A stretch of DNA of 64,000 bases from a virus: the IMG/VR virus record IMGVR_UViG_3300021092_000008; one strand, 5' to 3'. The position numbers and the translations under genes are program-made. Positions 47,052-56,968 of this stretch are shown here, one piece after another. A model generated the notes under the pieces. That model was not told the origin of the DNA. It was given only the letters and a program-made list of their open reading frames with translations, and did no database searches. Numbering within the stretch: position 1 is the first letter of the stretch; each line of letters begins with the position of its first letter.

Positions 47052-47060
47052 TGTTATATT
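47032..47060 (+). promoter_or_regulatory. sigma70 promoter
   Basis: TTGACA-17-TATATT with TGn. Confidence 0.7.
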
Positions 47061-47087
47061 GTGACAGTTATTAAATAAATTGAAAAA

Positions 47088-47291
47088 ATGGCATTGTCAC
47101 AATCTGTAGATCAATCACTCGATGAAGCAGCAGCATCACTTCGTAATGCTTTAGCGTATGCTGCTCGTCAAGAACGTCCGATTGTTTGTAATAGTATTTC
47201 AGAATTGTTGTGCCGTATCGAACAGATGAAATCATTTGATGGTCTCTTGGATAAGCTAGATGAGTTCAAAATCAATTTTGGTGATAAATAG
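47088..47291 (+). CDS. hypothetical protein, paralog of 411..614
   Basis: LRNALAYAARQERPIVC. Confidence 0.8.
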   Translation: MALSQSVDQSLDEAAASLRNALAYAARQERPIVCNSISELLCRIEQMKSFDGLLDKLDEFKINFGDK

Positions 47292-47364
47292 TTAAGATAT
47301 ATTACAGAAAATCACAGTTTTCAGTGAATACTGTTAGAATATCAACACAATATTGGAGCCAAGC

Positions 47365-47574
47365 ATGTCACAAACGAGATCTCAACAAACAGATCTTACC
47401 GAAGAAGAATGGAAAGAATTAGTCGCCCTTAAAAATCAAATAAATCAAAATCCAGCAGCAGTACATCCAGAAAAAATGGAGTTATTTACTGAATTGTTAG
47501 TTAGATCTTGGAATGCCAAATGTGATCCGCCTGATACTTCTACATGGAGAACTGGTCATCCGCTGGATGAATGA
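47365..47574 (+). CDS. small hypothetical protein
   Basis: GGAG RBS; EL.ALK..I..NPA.VHP..ME.FTELLVRS. Confidence 0.7.
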   Translation: MSQTRSQQTDLTEEEWKELVALKNQINQNPAAVHPEKMELFTELLVRSWNAKCDPPDTSTWRTGHPLDE

Positions 47575-47630
47575 AACAGTTTAACAACTGGCACACACTA
47601 CCGCCACATGGCGGTTTTTTAATCTATACT
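47573..47630 (+). promoter_or_regulatory. early promoter with 8-6-8 palindrome and embedded terminator
   Basis: GAAACAGT-N6-ACTGGCAC; ACCGCC-ACAT-GGCGGT followed by Ts; TATACT 30 nt after palindrome. Confidence 0.7.
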
Positions 47631-47652
47631 AAATGAGTTCAAGAGATTTCCT

Positions 47653-48306
47653 ATGAAACTTTACCCGCTTGGTCTTGACAACCCCTATGTGATCCGTGGT
47701 ATGATTGGATCAAGTCGGTGGGGGTTGTATCGTCGAGACCCATTTGAAAAGGTAGCAGAATTTGCTACTCAGTTCCAAGCATATGATGCTCGCCGTGCTA
47801 TTCTTAAATTTGAAGGTTACTCAGCATGAAAACTTCCACTGTTATTGAATTTGGTCCCTATTCACAATATAAACCAGTTAAACCACCAAAAACTCCACGA
47901 TACAGATATCCATATTTGGATATTAAACAAACTGGTCAAGATTATGGATTTTTTGTTGGTAGAAAGAAAAGACCTGAGATTCCAAAAACTATTAAAAATC
48001 GTGTTTGGGCAGTTCTTCCCGCCGAAAGAGAAGGACAAAAGGGGTATTACATTTATGTTAAAAATTTCACCAATGGGTTTAATCCTTTTGCAGAAAATAA
48101 TTATGACTGAAGATTCTGTACGTCTAAATGTCCATGAGATTGGTATTCTTCTCTCAGCACTACAACAAGTAGATCTGAGAGAGGAAGTTCAAATTGCCAG
48201 ACAATATGGCAGTGTGGCAGCACTGTATAACAAACTATACAGTGTTTGGGAACAGATGGACACTTCCCAAACTGTCCTACAGAACGACGTAGTGCCGTCC
48301 TTCTGA
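47653..48306 (+). other. three small early genes (47653-47829, 47826-48110, 48103-48306)
   Basis: overlapping ORFs after early promoter. Confidence 0.65.
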
Positions 48307-48315
48307 CCCTATAAT
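48257..48315 (+). promoter_or_regulatory. early promoter with 8-6-8 palindrome
   Basis: TGGACACT-N6-ACTGTCCT; TATAAT 31 nt later. Confidence 0.75.
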
Positions 48316-48339
48316 ATCAAAGTATTCAACAGAACTCCA

Positions 48340-48753
48340 ATGGCAACCCGCTCCCGTATCGGTATTCAACTCGCAGACGATTCTGTGCTCTCAGTGTATT
48401 GCCACTGGGATGGTTATCCTGCCTTCAATGGTGTCAAACTTCAACAACATTTCAACACTCGTGAGAAGGTTGCTGAGTTGATTGATGGTGGTGACATCAG
48501 TGCTCTCCACACCAACGTCGGTTGGGATAATGAGACGCTACCTGAAACTGGTCCTCTCTACTATTCTTCTCGTGGTGAGGAGAATCGTGGTCCTCGTCAT
48601 GACTGGCGCATCAGTGACTATCTCACTCAAGATGCAGAAGAGTATGCCTATCTCTTTACCACCGATGGAGAGTGGTTGTGCTACGATACTTGTAAGTGGC
48701 ACGATGTAACTTATCTTGAACTTCAAGAAATTCCTCAACAGGTAGCAGCATGA
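48340..48753 (+). CDS. conserved phage early protein
   Basis: MATRSRIG...SVYCHWDGYP...EYAYLF. Confidence 0.8.
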   Translation: MATRSRIGIQLADDSVLSVYCHWDGYPAFNGVKLQQHFNTREKVAELIDGGDISALHTNVGWDNETLPETGPLYYSSRGEENRGPRHDWRISDYLTQDAEEYAYLFTTDGEWLCYDTCKWHDVTYLELQEIPQQVAA

Positions 48754-50130
48754 AATACTATCTCTTCTTTACCATTCTCTTTGGTTTGATAATCGGGTGG
48801 CAAGCATTCCTTGTCACCAGAGATAATAAAATGTTTGAAGGTTACAAGAACCGTCAACAACAAATTTGTGAACAAGTCAAAGAATTCCACCCTGATTGCC
48901 ACATCGAATGATTAACGATATCCGTATTGACAAATCATGGCGTTCTACTGATCCTGATGATCTCAACATTGATGATCTAATGCTCATGGCATTTGAAGAA
49001 AAAGCAGCAGAACTTGAAATCACTGTAGATTATTATATGGCAGAGTTTATCTGATGAGATACAAAGATATTACAAAACTGAAGAATTGCCCAAAGTGTAA
49101 CACAAATTGGGTAGCAGGTGAAATTCCCGAAGAATATCGGGAAAATTATTCTGCTCCGTATTTTTACAGTCGTGTGATTGGTGTTGAATTTCTTGGTGAA
49201 GATCGTATCCATCATTGGATGTGCCCAGATTGTAAATACGAATTCCCACGAGGATAATAAATGCCTATTACAATTAGTAAAGCGGAAATTCTACGGAACT
49301 TTCCGCATACACCACCGACAGGATACTCTTATGATGTCGAAGATCACAATACTCGTACTGTTCGTATTATTATGTGGCATCATTACGTCTACGACTTCAA
49401 TCTCGGGAAACCAGTCAAAACCATCTGGGGTTTCTATAATCCGAAAAAGAAATTATATTATGCTCCGATCAACTATGATCGTGTAGGTGAACAAGTAGAT
49501 ATTAAAAATACTACTAAATATACAGCGATGCCATTGTTGGTATAATTTTATGACACCTGATCAATCAAATGCTCTATTGAAAGAATATGCTGACCTAATT
49601 AAAGATCTTCAAAATGAAAATGCTGATCTCTGTGATAAGGTACAGATGCTAGAGAATTATATTCAAGAGCTAGAGTTTCAATTTAACACATCACACGATA
49701 AATCTTATGACTGCTGATATAATCGTAGATTTCGATACACATCTTCATAACGGTAGAGTTTATCTAGTAGAACTAGAATTACCTTATCAAGATGAGAATG
49801 AAGAAGAATCATCTGTAATGAAAGTTGATTACTATGTCATCTCAAATAATTCCATTCAAGCAATGTATTTTGCTAATACTGACTATCCTGATGCTGTAGG
49901 AGTTTTTGTTCATGAAGATCCAATTACACCCGAACAATATGCTACCAGAGGGAACAGAGGTATATTATAGAGGCATGTTTGGTGTAGTCAAATTCACATG
50001 TGATGAATATATGACTGTATGTGTCCGCCATTTCCCTGATGATCCACGGCGAGATGTTTGTATGCTCGTCTATAAAAACCAATTAAATGAACTTGAACTT
50101 GTACGAGGTAACCATTCACACGAATCATGA
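48750..50130 (+). other. run of small hypothetical genes (48750-48911, 48908-49054, 49054-49257 with CxxC/CxxC zinc ribbon, 49261-49545, 49707-49970, 49939-50130)
   Basis: packed + strand ORFs. Confidence 0.6.
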
Positions 50131-50256
50131 TGTTAAACGATAAATTTGATAATATGAATAATTTTGTCCTTGATCAAGTTGATAATCTCATGGATTGCTA
50201 TGATAATCCTGTAGTCCGTGAGCGTATCCTACGTGAGGCGGAAGATCAATTGTTTG

Positions 50257-50314
50257 AGGACAGTTTTGAAACTGTCCCCTGGGACCTCCTAGAGGACTTC
50301 TAAACCTCTATACT
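50257..50314 (+). promoter_or_regulatory. early promoter with 8-6-8 palindrome
   Basis: AGGACAGT-N6-ACTGTCCC; TATACT 30 nt later. Confidence 0.75.
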
Positions 50315-50339
50315 AACTACATACCAAACAACCCCACCA

Positions 50340-50693
50340 ATGACTGCTACCTTCGCCCAGTTTCAAGCAGAACAAGACGCTCGTAACACCATCCATCTCA
50401 ACATCGTCAAGTACGGTATGATGTTGTGTGATGCTCTCCAACAGACTGCTCCCGATGGTTATTTCTTCGCCCTTGAGTCTTCTGGTCGTAAGTATCATAA
50501 AGTCTTCATGTATATCGATGGTCGTCGTGACAGCATCCATGCTTTCATTGACAAGAAGACTGGTGATGTGTTCAAACCTGCTAGCATCAAAGCTCCTGCT
50601 AAGCATGTTCGTTTCAATGTGCTCTCTATTCCTTCCCGTGAAGAGATGTTCCGTCGTGCTAACTGGGCGGGTGGTTATCTTTACCTTCGCTGA
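50340..50693 (+). CDS. conserved cyanophage early protein
   Basis: GRKYHKV...SIHAFIDKKTGDV.KPAS.KAPAK. Confidence 0.8.
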   Translation: MTATFAQFQAEQDARNTIHLNIVKYGMMLCDALQQTAPDGYFFALESSGRKYHKVFMYIDGRRDSIHAFIDKKTGDVFKPASIKAPAKHVRFNVLSIPSREEMFRRANWAGGYLYLR

Positions 50694-50732
50694 TTTCTGT
50701 GCTACAATCTTACTAAACACACAAGGAGAATC

Positions 50733-51650
50733 ATGTCCTACAACTTGATGTATGTTGTTATTCAAGATAAAGCACTCAGTATTGATGACTTCGGTCAACC
50801 TATTATCTGTAATCTTGTTCGTGATGAGCATGATTCTATGATTGAATGGGTTGATTGGGATTCTGCTGATGTCATTGATTGGTTAGATCTTTCCCCTACT
50901 ACAAATAAAATCTATCGTCAATGTATTGATCTCCTTCAAACTACAGAAACTAAAGCGTACTACGTCAAATGACTAAACTCTCTAACCTCACAGTGTCTCA
51001 TATTCAGACACTCATGGAATCATTTCCACAACTCCAACCAGGAACACATACACTCCGTGTATTCCCACATACTCAAATTTCAGAAGCAGAATTAGCACTG
51101 TTCTGGAAATATCATGGTAACTTCCCACAAGAATTTACACAAGCAATTATTAATATCTTACCTAATAATGCTGAATTTATTTCCTATGATCATCTCCTGA
51201 ATAATGTTACTGTTATTCAAAAATGATACCAGCAGCTCTTACTATTCTTCAACTCTGCTTCAATCAATATTATATCTGTGAATCACCAGATCCTCCTCCA
51301 ATTGCATACTATCAAGAAGGCTATGCCTGTTATATCAATGGCACCTTTCATCAATCCTGTCCTAAACCAGATTACTTGACAAAACCTACCACAAAATCCT
51401 ATAATAGGAACAACTACTAATGTACACCATGACCGAAGAGCAATCAGTATCAAAACAAGTGGATCATATCCTAGAAACTTATTTTGAACAGTTCTCTCAT
51501 CTCGTATCTAAAAATCGTAATGATGATGCTATTGCTATCGGTGATGAGGTACGTGAGTGGATGCGTAGTATTGAAACAGAAACTATTCTATACTTTAATA
51601 TTAAAGAACTACGCCAACAATATAGACAATTAAAAAAAGAAAATGGCTGA
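50733..51650 (+). other. four small hypothetical genes (50733-50972, 50969-51226, 51223-51420, 51420-51650)
   Basis: overlapping ORFs; AGGAG RBS at the first. Confidence 0.6.
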
Positions 51651-52263
51651 TCCAGCAGCATTATACAATACTAAATTACCAAAAGATATTACTGACCTTA
51701 TCTCTATTCATTGTCAGTCATATCATAATCAATTAGAAGCATCAACAATTAAATCTAGTGGTGTAGTACATTCAAAAAGAGATTCTCTTAATGCTTGGAT
51801 TCCAGATGAAGATTGGATAGCAGGTTTTCTTTGGTATTATATCCAAAAAGCAAATTTTGCTAATTGGAGATTTGATATTACATCTATTGATAATTCCTCC
51901 TTACAATATACAGTCTATAATCCTGGTCAATTCTATCATTGGCATACTGATTCAGGATTACGTCGATTGTATCAATCAGAAAGATATCCTACTTCTCAAT
52001 CAGTTCATCTAAAAGATTACGTTATGCCATTAGCAGAATATACTCGTAAATTATCTTTCTCTCTTCAACTATCAGACTCAGATGAATATACAGGAGGACA
52101 ATTACAACTCATTGCTAATGATGATCTAAACCTTAATATAGCACCAGTAGAAAGAGGTACATTAATTATCTTTGATTCTCATCTACGTCATCGTGTTACT
52201 AAAGTTAAATCAGGTCAACGTAAATCTTTAGTCGGTTGGGTAGTAGGTCCAAGATGGAAATAG
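51643..52263 (+). CDS. 2OG-Fe(II) oxygenase (PKHD-type)
   Basis: LQYT.Y, WHTD, RKLSFSLQLS, HRVT.V.SG.RKSLVGWVVGP. Confidence 0.9.
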   Translation: MADPAALYNTKLPKDITDLISIHCQSYHNQLEASTIKSSGVVHSKRDSLNAWIPDEDWIAGFLWYYIQKANFANWRFDITSIDNSSLQYTVYNPGQFYHWHTDSGLRRLYQSERYPTSQSVHLKDYVMPLAEYTRKLSFSLQLSDSDEYTGGQLQLIANDDLNLNIAPVERGTLIIFDSHLRHRVTKVKSGQRKSLVGWVVGPRWK

Positions 52264-52299
52264 TTTTCCACAATTTCCACAGTTTCCGCAATTTCCACA
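52264..52299 (+). repeat. four tandem 9-mers resembling DnaA boxes
   Basis: TTTTCCACA ATTTCCACA GTTTCCGCA ATTTCCACA head-to-tail, followed by an A/T-only tract. Confidence 0.8.
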
Positions 52300-52379
52300 G
52301 GTATTTAAAAATATATTAAAAAATATAGGTAGTGTGATCTATTGTACGGTAGAGTATGTAAATGGGCGGAGGTCTTGTT

Positions 52380-52408
52380 GTCTTAGCGCCCAACCCATCG
52401 AAAGTCAA
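52380..52408 (-). promoter_or_regulatory. leftward sigma70-like promoter
   Basis: minus strand TTGACT-17nt-TAAGAC. Confidence 0.5.
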
Positions 52409-52416
52409 GGAAGTAT

Positions 52417-52485
52417 ATGACAGTCCTCAAAGTGGCACAGAGACCCTCCGAGACCCTTGACAGATGCCTCTAAATGCCCTATACT
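52417..52485 (+). promoter_or_regulatory. early promoter with 8-6-8 palindrome
   Basis: ATGACAGT-N6-AGTGGCAC; TTGACA(52457)-17-TATACT; palindrome-to--10 spacing 41 nt. Confidence 0.75.
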
Positions 52486-52666
52486 GTATTTGTGATTGGT
52501 CATCACGAAATTAAATGGAAGCGAGATTGAGAGATTTCGAGGTTTTCCAAAATCTTCGAAATCTCAAAAATCTCAAAATCTCAAAAACTTAAAAAACTTA
52601 CTTTTTTAGTTTTTTAAGATTTTCAAAAAACTCAATTTTTAAATTTTAATGATTTTACTGAATTCA

Positions 52667-52921
52667 ATGATTACTAAAGAAGATCAAGGAGTAGTATATC
52701 AAGGATTTAATAGTACTGCTATTAAATCAGTTGGTATTATTGAGAATACTTGTACTGTAGTATTTAATTCTAGTGATAAAGAATATAATTACACAGTAAT
52801 TGATAATAATTTTGAAGAAAACCTTCAAAATACTATCAAAAATGGTGAAAGTGTTGGTAAATTTATCACTTCAGCAATCAAAAGTGAAAATATCCAACAA
52901 ATAAATACGATTGTACAGTAA
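52667..52921 (+). CDS. KTSC-like small protein
   Basis: STAI.SV......V.F....Y.Y....ESVGKFI. Confidence 0.6.
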   Translation: MITKEDQGVVYQGFNSTAIKSVGIIENTCTVVFNSSDKEYNYTVIDNNFEENLQNTIKNGESVGKFITSAIKSENIQQINTIVQ

Positions 52922-52953
52922 TTCTTAACAATTATCACTGTTTTATTCAAACA

Positions 52954-53118
52954 ATGACAAAAAACAACCGAAAGTATACCGAATCCTTCAAAGAAGTGAG
53001 CTTTGAAGATGAATATGAAGATTATGGTTATGAAGTTCAGAATGCCAAACGTTACTCAAGTCGAAGTAAACGTCAAGCAAAATTCAAAGACCACGATGAT
53101 ACATACGTAGACTATTGA
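52954..53118 (+). CDS. small charged hypothetical protein (54 aa)
   Basis: hand-translated ORF followed by terminator. Confidence 0.55.
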   Translation: MTKNNRKYTESFKEVSFEDEYEDYGYEVQNAKRYSSRSKRQAKFKDHDDTYVDY

Positions 53119-53132
53119 ATGTAAACTTTACC

Positions 53133-53155
53133 ACCCATCTTCGGATGGGTTTTTT
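53133..53155 (+). terminator. intrinsic terminator with UUCG loop
   Basis: ACCCATC-TTCG-GATGGGT-TTTTT. Confidence 0.85.
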
Positions 53156-53270
53156 CATAGCATCAAATATCCCCTCGGTGGTATCACCCTAGGACAGTTT
53201 AAGAAGTGGCACAGAAGACCTCCCAGGGGTGTCTGGTGGTGATATATTACATGAGTCGTCAGGAATTCCA

Positions 53271-53447
53271 ATGAAGGACATTCGAATCGAGGTTCAAACT
53301 TACGATGGTTGTATCACCATCTGGTACGAACGTTCTAAGTTAAAGAATGCCTGTGATGTTATCTCCAAACGTGTATACAATCAGCTGTGTGGTTTGAATA
53401 TTAAAGAGATCGACGTGAGCGTTATCGGTGATCCTGTGACAGTCTGA
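53271..53447 (+). CDS. small early protein
   Basis: ATG after promoter; stop codon inside next palindrome. Confidence 0.7.
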   Translation: MKDIRIEVQTYDGCITIWYERSKLKNACDVISKRVYNQLCGLNIKEIDVSVIGDPVTV

Positions 53448-53519
53448 CAAGTGTCCACAGGGCATTGACTTCGCCCCCAACCCATGCCATACTATGTACA
53501 TCACTGAGGGATTCACCCC

Positions 53520-53846
53520 ATGAGAAAGATCGAACGTCTGATGAACGCTGCCATCACCGAGCAACGTGACTGGAAACTTGATAACACTGAAGTTGTCACT
53601 ATTGATGGTGTCAGTTCTGTATTTCTTCACGGCAATTGTATTGCTGAGGTTGGTGATACTTTTGTCCGACTGTTTGATGGTGGTTGGCAATCCAATACCA
53701 CCAAATCTCGTCTCAATGCTATCCTTCGGGAGCATGGTCGTGATGGTGAGTGTGTGTTTCAAAAGCAGTGGCATTGGTTCATTAATCTGAACACTGACCG
53801 AGGTATTGAAACTGTGCCTTTCCGTTCTTCTATGAAACTTGCTTGA
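53520..53846 (+). CDS. conserved early protein
   Basis: MRKIE..M..AI...LHGN.IA...GW.S.TTKSRLNA. Confidence 0.8.
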   Translation: MRKIERLMNAAITEQRDWKLDNTEVVTIDGVSSVFLHGNCIAEVGDTFVRLFDGGWQSNTTKSRLNAILREHGRDGECVFQKQWHWFINLNTDRGIETVPFRSSMKLA

Positions 53847-53961
53847 GTATGTCACATTACTCAACTCCTTACATTCCCAGTTTTATTGAATATTCAAATT
53901 TTACAAAAATATGGATTTTTTGGATTTTCAAAATTTTAAAAACTATTAAATCTCAATAATT

Positions 53962-54078
53962 ATGACTTTTACTGATTATCTAATTGAAGAGATTAACGAT
54001 GAAGAATTCTATGAAGATATAGAATTCGATGATAGTAGTGCTAACTACTATGATATAGATTATACTACTCAAGAGTAG
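53962..54078 (+). CDS. very acidic microprotein (38 aa)
   Basis: 14 Asp/Glu, no Lys/Arg. Confidence 0.5.
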   Translation: MTFTDYLIEEINDEEFYEDIEFDDSSANYYDIDYTTQE

Positions 54079-54116
54079 TATATACAAACCCCACTGTTCT
54101 TTTGCTTTCTTTTACT

Positions 54117-54293
54117 ATGTCTACTTCACTGATGATTAAACTGCTGGATCGTACCGCTAATGGTAACGAACTGTTGAAAGTTCTTGATAGTTTTGTCGAG
54201 CAAGATCCTGTCGATCAGCATATGGAACTGATGACTGAAATGTATGACAAAATGAAGTCTAATCAGCCTACACTAGAAACCATCGATTTCTGA
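54117..54293 (+). CDS. small early protein
   Basis: ORF MSTSLMIKLLDRTANGNELL. Confidence 0.65.
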   Translation: MSTSLMIKLLDRTANGNELLKVLDSFVEQDPVDQHMELMTEMYDKMKSNQPTLETIDF

Positions 54294-54379
54294 TATTAAT
54301 GTGCCAGATCAACAAGTGTCCACTGATTCCCCCATTGGTCACTTGTTGATGCCATACTACATCTGTTCCAAACGAAATC

Positions 54380-55134
54380 ATGCCTGACTTCTACACATTC
54401 ACTGGTGACGGTATTACCATTCTTGGTTTGGTTGGTATTATCTCAACTGGTATCATTGTTGCCACAGCGTTCACTCGTTATTTCAATTCACCCCTGAGAA
54501 AGTGATGACGTACAACGAACTCCTGCAACAGTTGCAACAACTCAACGAAGATCAACTCAATTCTGATGTTGCCGTCTACGATGAAGGCACCGATGAGTAT
54601 TATCAACTCAAAGTTGAGTTAGTGTTTGCAACTGATGAATGTCAGGTGCTTGATGTAGACCACCCTATCATTCGTTTCTGATGCAATTCCAAGTTACTTC
54701 CATTGAGTATGATTTCACTGGATCTGAGGATGAGATTACAGATGCTGAGATGAATGACATCATCGACGATACAGTAGGACACATCTGGGAGGCAGATGAT
54801 GAAGATGATCTCATTGAAGAGATCACTTCGTGGACAGGTTGGTGCATCAAATCCATTGATTATCGTCACATTCTGAACTGAAACCATGACCAACAACGCT
54901 TACACTTGGACTGACAACTTCTCCGAACTTTGTGAGAAGTATGCTGAACATGTGATGGACAGCATGGACATGAAGACGATGGAACAATTCGTCTTCGATA
55001 CACTTTACGAGTGCTATTCTGCCTATGATGAAGAACAGTTGATCAATGAGATTCGTGAGTTGTATGGTGACGAAGTGCTGGAAGATTTTGGCATTGAACT
55101 TAAAGAAGGTCCAGATGATGTGACAGTTGACTAA
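54380..55134 (+). other. four small early genes (54380-54505 membrane, 54505-54681, 54681-54881, 54886-55134 acidic)
   Basis: coupled ORFs after promoter 54301. Confidence 0.7.
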
Positions 55135-55201
55135 GTGGTACACAGGGGGTTGAAATGCCCCCTGATCGATGCCATACTAACCACATCAACCACAAACACA
55201 G

Positions 55202-55482
55202 ATGTACTACAACCGCTACGACATGCTGACCGCCTTTACCACTGACGAGATGGCAGTGCTCTATGATCTGGTCTGCTCCCATCAGGGCTGCCAGATCCTC
55301 CCCGACTGGATGGATCAAAAGGTCTTCGACAGTGTACAGGAAAAAGTCAGCGACGCCTACCATGAGACCACATGAATCACTACCTTGCCGCCGCTCTCCT
55401 GATGATCGTCGCCATCGGTTTCCCCATGATGTGTGCCGCCTTGGGCATGAAGGTCAACACCCGCAACGGATGGTGGGACTGA
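55202..55482 (+). other. two small early genes (55202-55375, 55372-55482)
   Basis: hand-translated; ATGA coupling; GC-rich codons. Confidence 0.6.
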
Positions 55483-55544
55483 CCACCTGACTAAGTGGCA
55501 CATAGGGGGTTGAAATGCCCCCCGATCCATGCCATACTAACAGC

Positions 55545-55733
55545 ATGAACAACCTTAACCCCTCACTGATGGAACGCCGCTTCACCGTCTACGTTCCGTC
55601 TGACCCCTGGGAATCTATCGACTGCCAGACCTGGGCAGAGGCGCAGCGCCTGCTCGCCATCAAAGCAGACGAGTTCGTCTACGCTGAGATTCGGAAGGAT
55701 GGGGTGATCCTTGACGATCTCCAGATCCTGTGA
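55545..55733 (+). CDS. small early protein
   Basis: ATG right after CATACT promoter; stop codon inside next palindrome. Confidence 0.65.
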   Translation: MNNLNPSLMERRFTVYVPSDPWESIDCQTWAEAQRLLAIKADEFVYAEIRKDGVILDDLQIL

Positions 55734-55815
55734 CAGTGGAGGCACTGTCCACCAACTACCCCAAACCCCATCAGGGGCTGCCATACTAAGAGCATCAACC
55801 AAACGAACCAAACCT

Positions 55816-56013
55816 ATGTGGGATGAGATCCAAGACATGCCTGGCGAGATCTACGACGTGAACCCCTACGTCGCTCAGATCCTCTCCCAAGGCAAAGAGC
55901 CCAGCAAGGCACCCGCCCCCACGGCGACCTACCCTCGGGAAATCCACGGTCGAGTCTACCAGACCGAGGCAGAATACCGTGAGGACCTCCATGACTTTCT
56001 GAACGGTATGTGA
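55816..56013 (+). CDS. small early protein
   Basis: MWDEIQDMPGEIYD; A/C-rich leader. Confidence 0.7.
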   Translation: MWDEIQDMPGEIYDVNPYVAQILSQGKEPSKAPAPTATYPREIHGRVYQTEAEYREDLHDFLNGM

Positions 56014-56091
56014 CAGTGTAGGGGGTGTCCACAGATGCCCCCAAACCCCACCAGGGGCTGCCATACTATCAGCATCAACCAAACCAAACCA

Positions 56092-56265
56092 ATGAAGATC
56101 GAAGTTCGTTACCAGACCCCCTACAGCAGCCAGGAGTGGCGGTCACAGTGGTTCCCCACGCTGGCAGAGGCTGAGCGGATGGTGGACTTCTACCGCTCCT
56201 GTGGATCACCCGCCCATGTGGCACCTAGCAGTCTGGCACAGTTCGAGCACCTCGGGCGCTCCTGA
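56092..56265 (+). CDS. small early protein
   Basis: MKIEVRYQTPY...RMVDFYRSCGSPA. Confidence 0.7.
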   Translation: MKIEVRYQTPYSSQEWRSQWFPTLAEAERMVDFYRSCGSPAHVAPSSLAQFEHLGRS

Positions 56266-56303
56266 CCCTGTAGACTAACCACATCAACCAAACGACTCAA
56301 ACC

Positions 56304-56525
56304 ATGACGACCTACAACGGATGGGCAAACTGGGAGACCTGGAACGTCGCCCTGTGGATTCAGAACGATGAGCGGACCTACAACCTCGCTCAAAAGTTCA
56401 CCCGCTACAACGCTCTCATTCCCCACCTTGAGATGCTGTGGGGGCAGATGACCCCAGACGGTGCCCGTTGGATGGACGCTAAGATCGACACCGACGAACT
56501 GGACGAGATGCTGGACGATTTCTGA
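56304..56525 (+). CDS. small early protein
   Basis: YNGWANWETWNVALWI.ND...TPDG. Confidence 0.75.
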   Translation: MTTYNGWANWETWNVALWIQNDERTYNLAQKFTRYNALIPHLEMLWGQMTPDGARWMDAKIDTDELDEMLDDF

Positions 56526-56597
56526 ACTGTCCACAGGGGGGCGCCTTCCCCCCTCCCCCGCCTCTATACTAAACACATCAACCAAACGAACCAGACC

Positions 56598-56774
56598 ATG
56601 CTCAAGACTCTCGCCATCCTCGCCCTCGGCGCCGCCTTCTATGCCCCCATCGCTACCGTGGGTGCTGCTGCCATCGACTTCGCTGCTGACACCGTTCAGG
56701 CAGTCAACCAACAGACCGCCGCCCGCTGTGCCACCTACAACAGTGTCCTCCCTGGCGCCTGTGAGATGCCCTGA
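56598..56774 (+). CDS. small secreted/membrane early protein
   Basis: signal-like MLKTLAILALGAAFYAP; two Cys. Confidence 0.6.
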   Translation: MLKTLAILALGAAFYAPIATVGAAAIDFAADTVQAVNQQTAARCATYNSVLPGACEMP

Positions 56775-56812
56775 GCGTCTAGACTAACCACATCAACCAA
56801 ACGACTTCAACC

Positions 56813-56968
56813 ATGGCAACCACTTCCTTCGCTTACGGCAACTCCTACTCCCAGTCCGACCGCTTCTATGAGGACTGTGAGCACGACGACCTGATGGACG
56901 CCGACGATTACGATGCCCGCCGCTTCCAGCGTGACGGTTGGGAAAGCGCCTGCTGGGATGGTCGCTGA
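56813..56968 (+). CDS. small acidic early protein
   Basis: hand-translated ORF after repeated leader. Confidence 0.6.
   Translation: MATTSFAYGNSYSQSDRFYEDCEHDDLMDADDYDARRFQRDGWESACWDGR

Noticed and set aside
53436-53457. 8-6-8 palindrome as a CRP or NtcA site
   Set aside because: The geometry does not fit TGTGA-N6-TCACA or GTA-N8-TAC.
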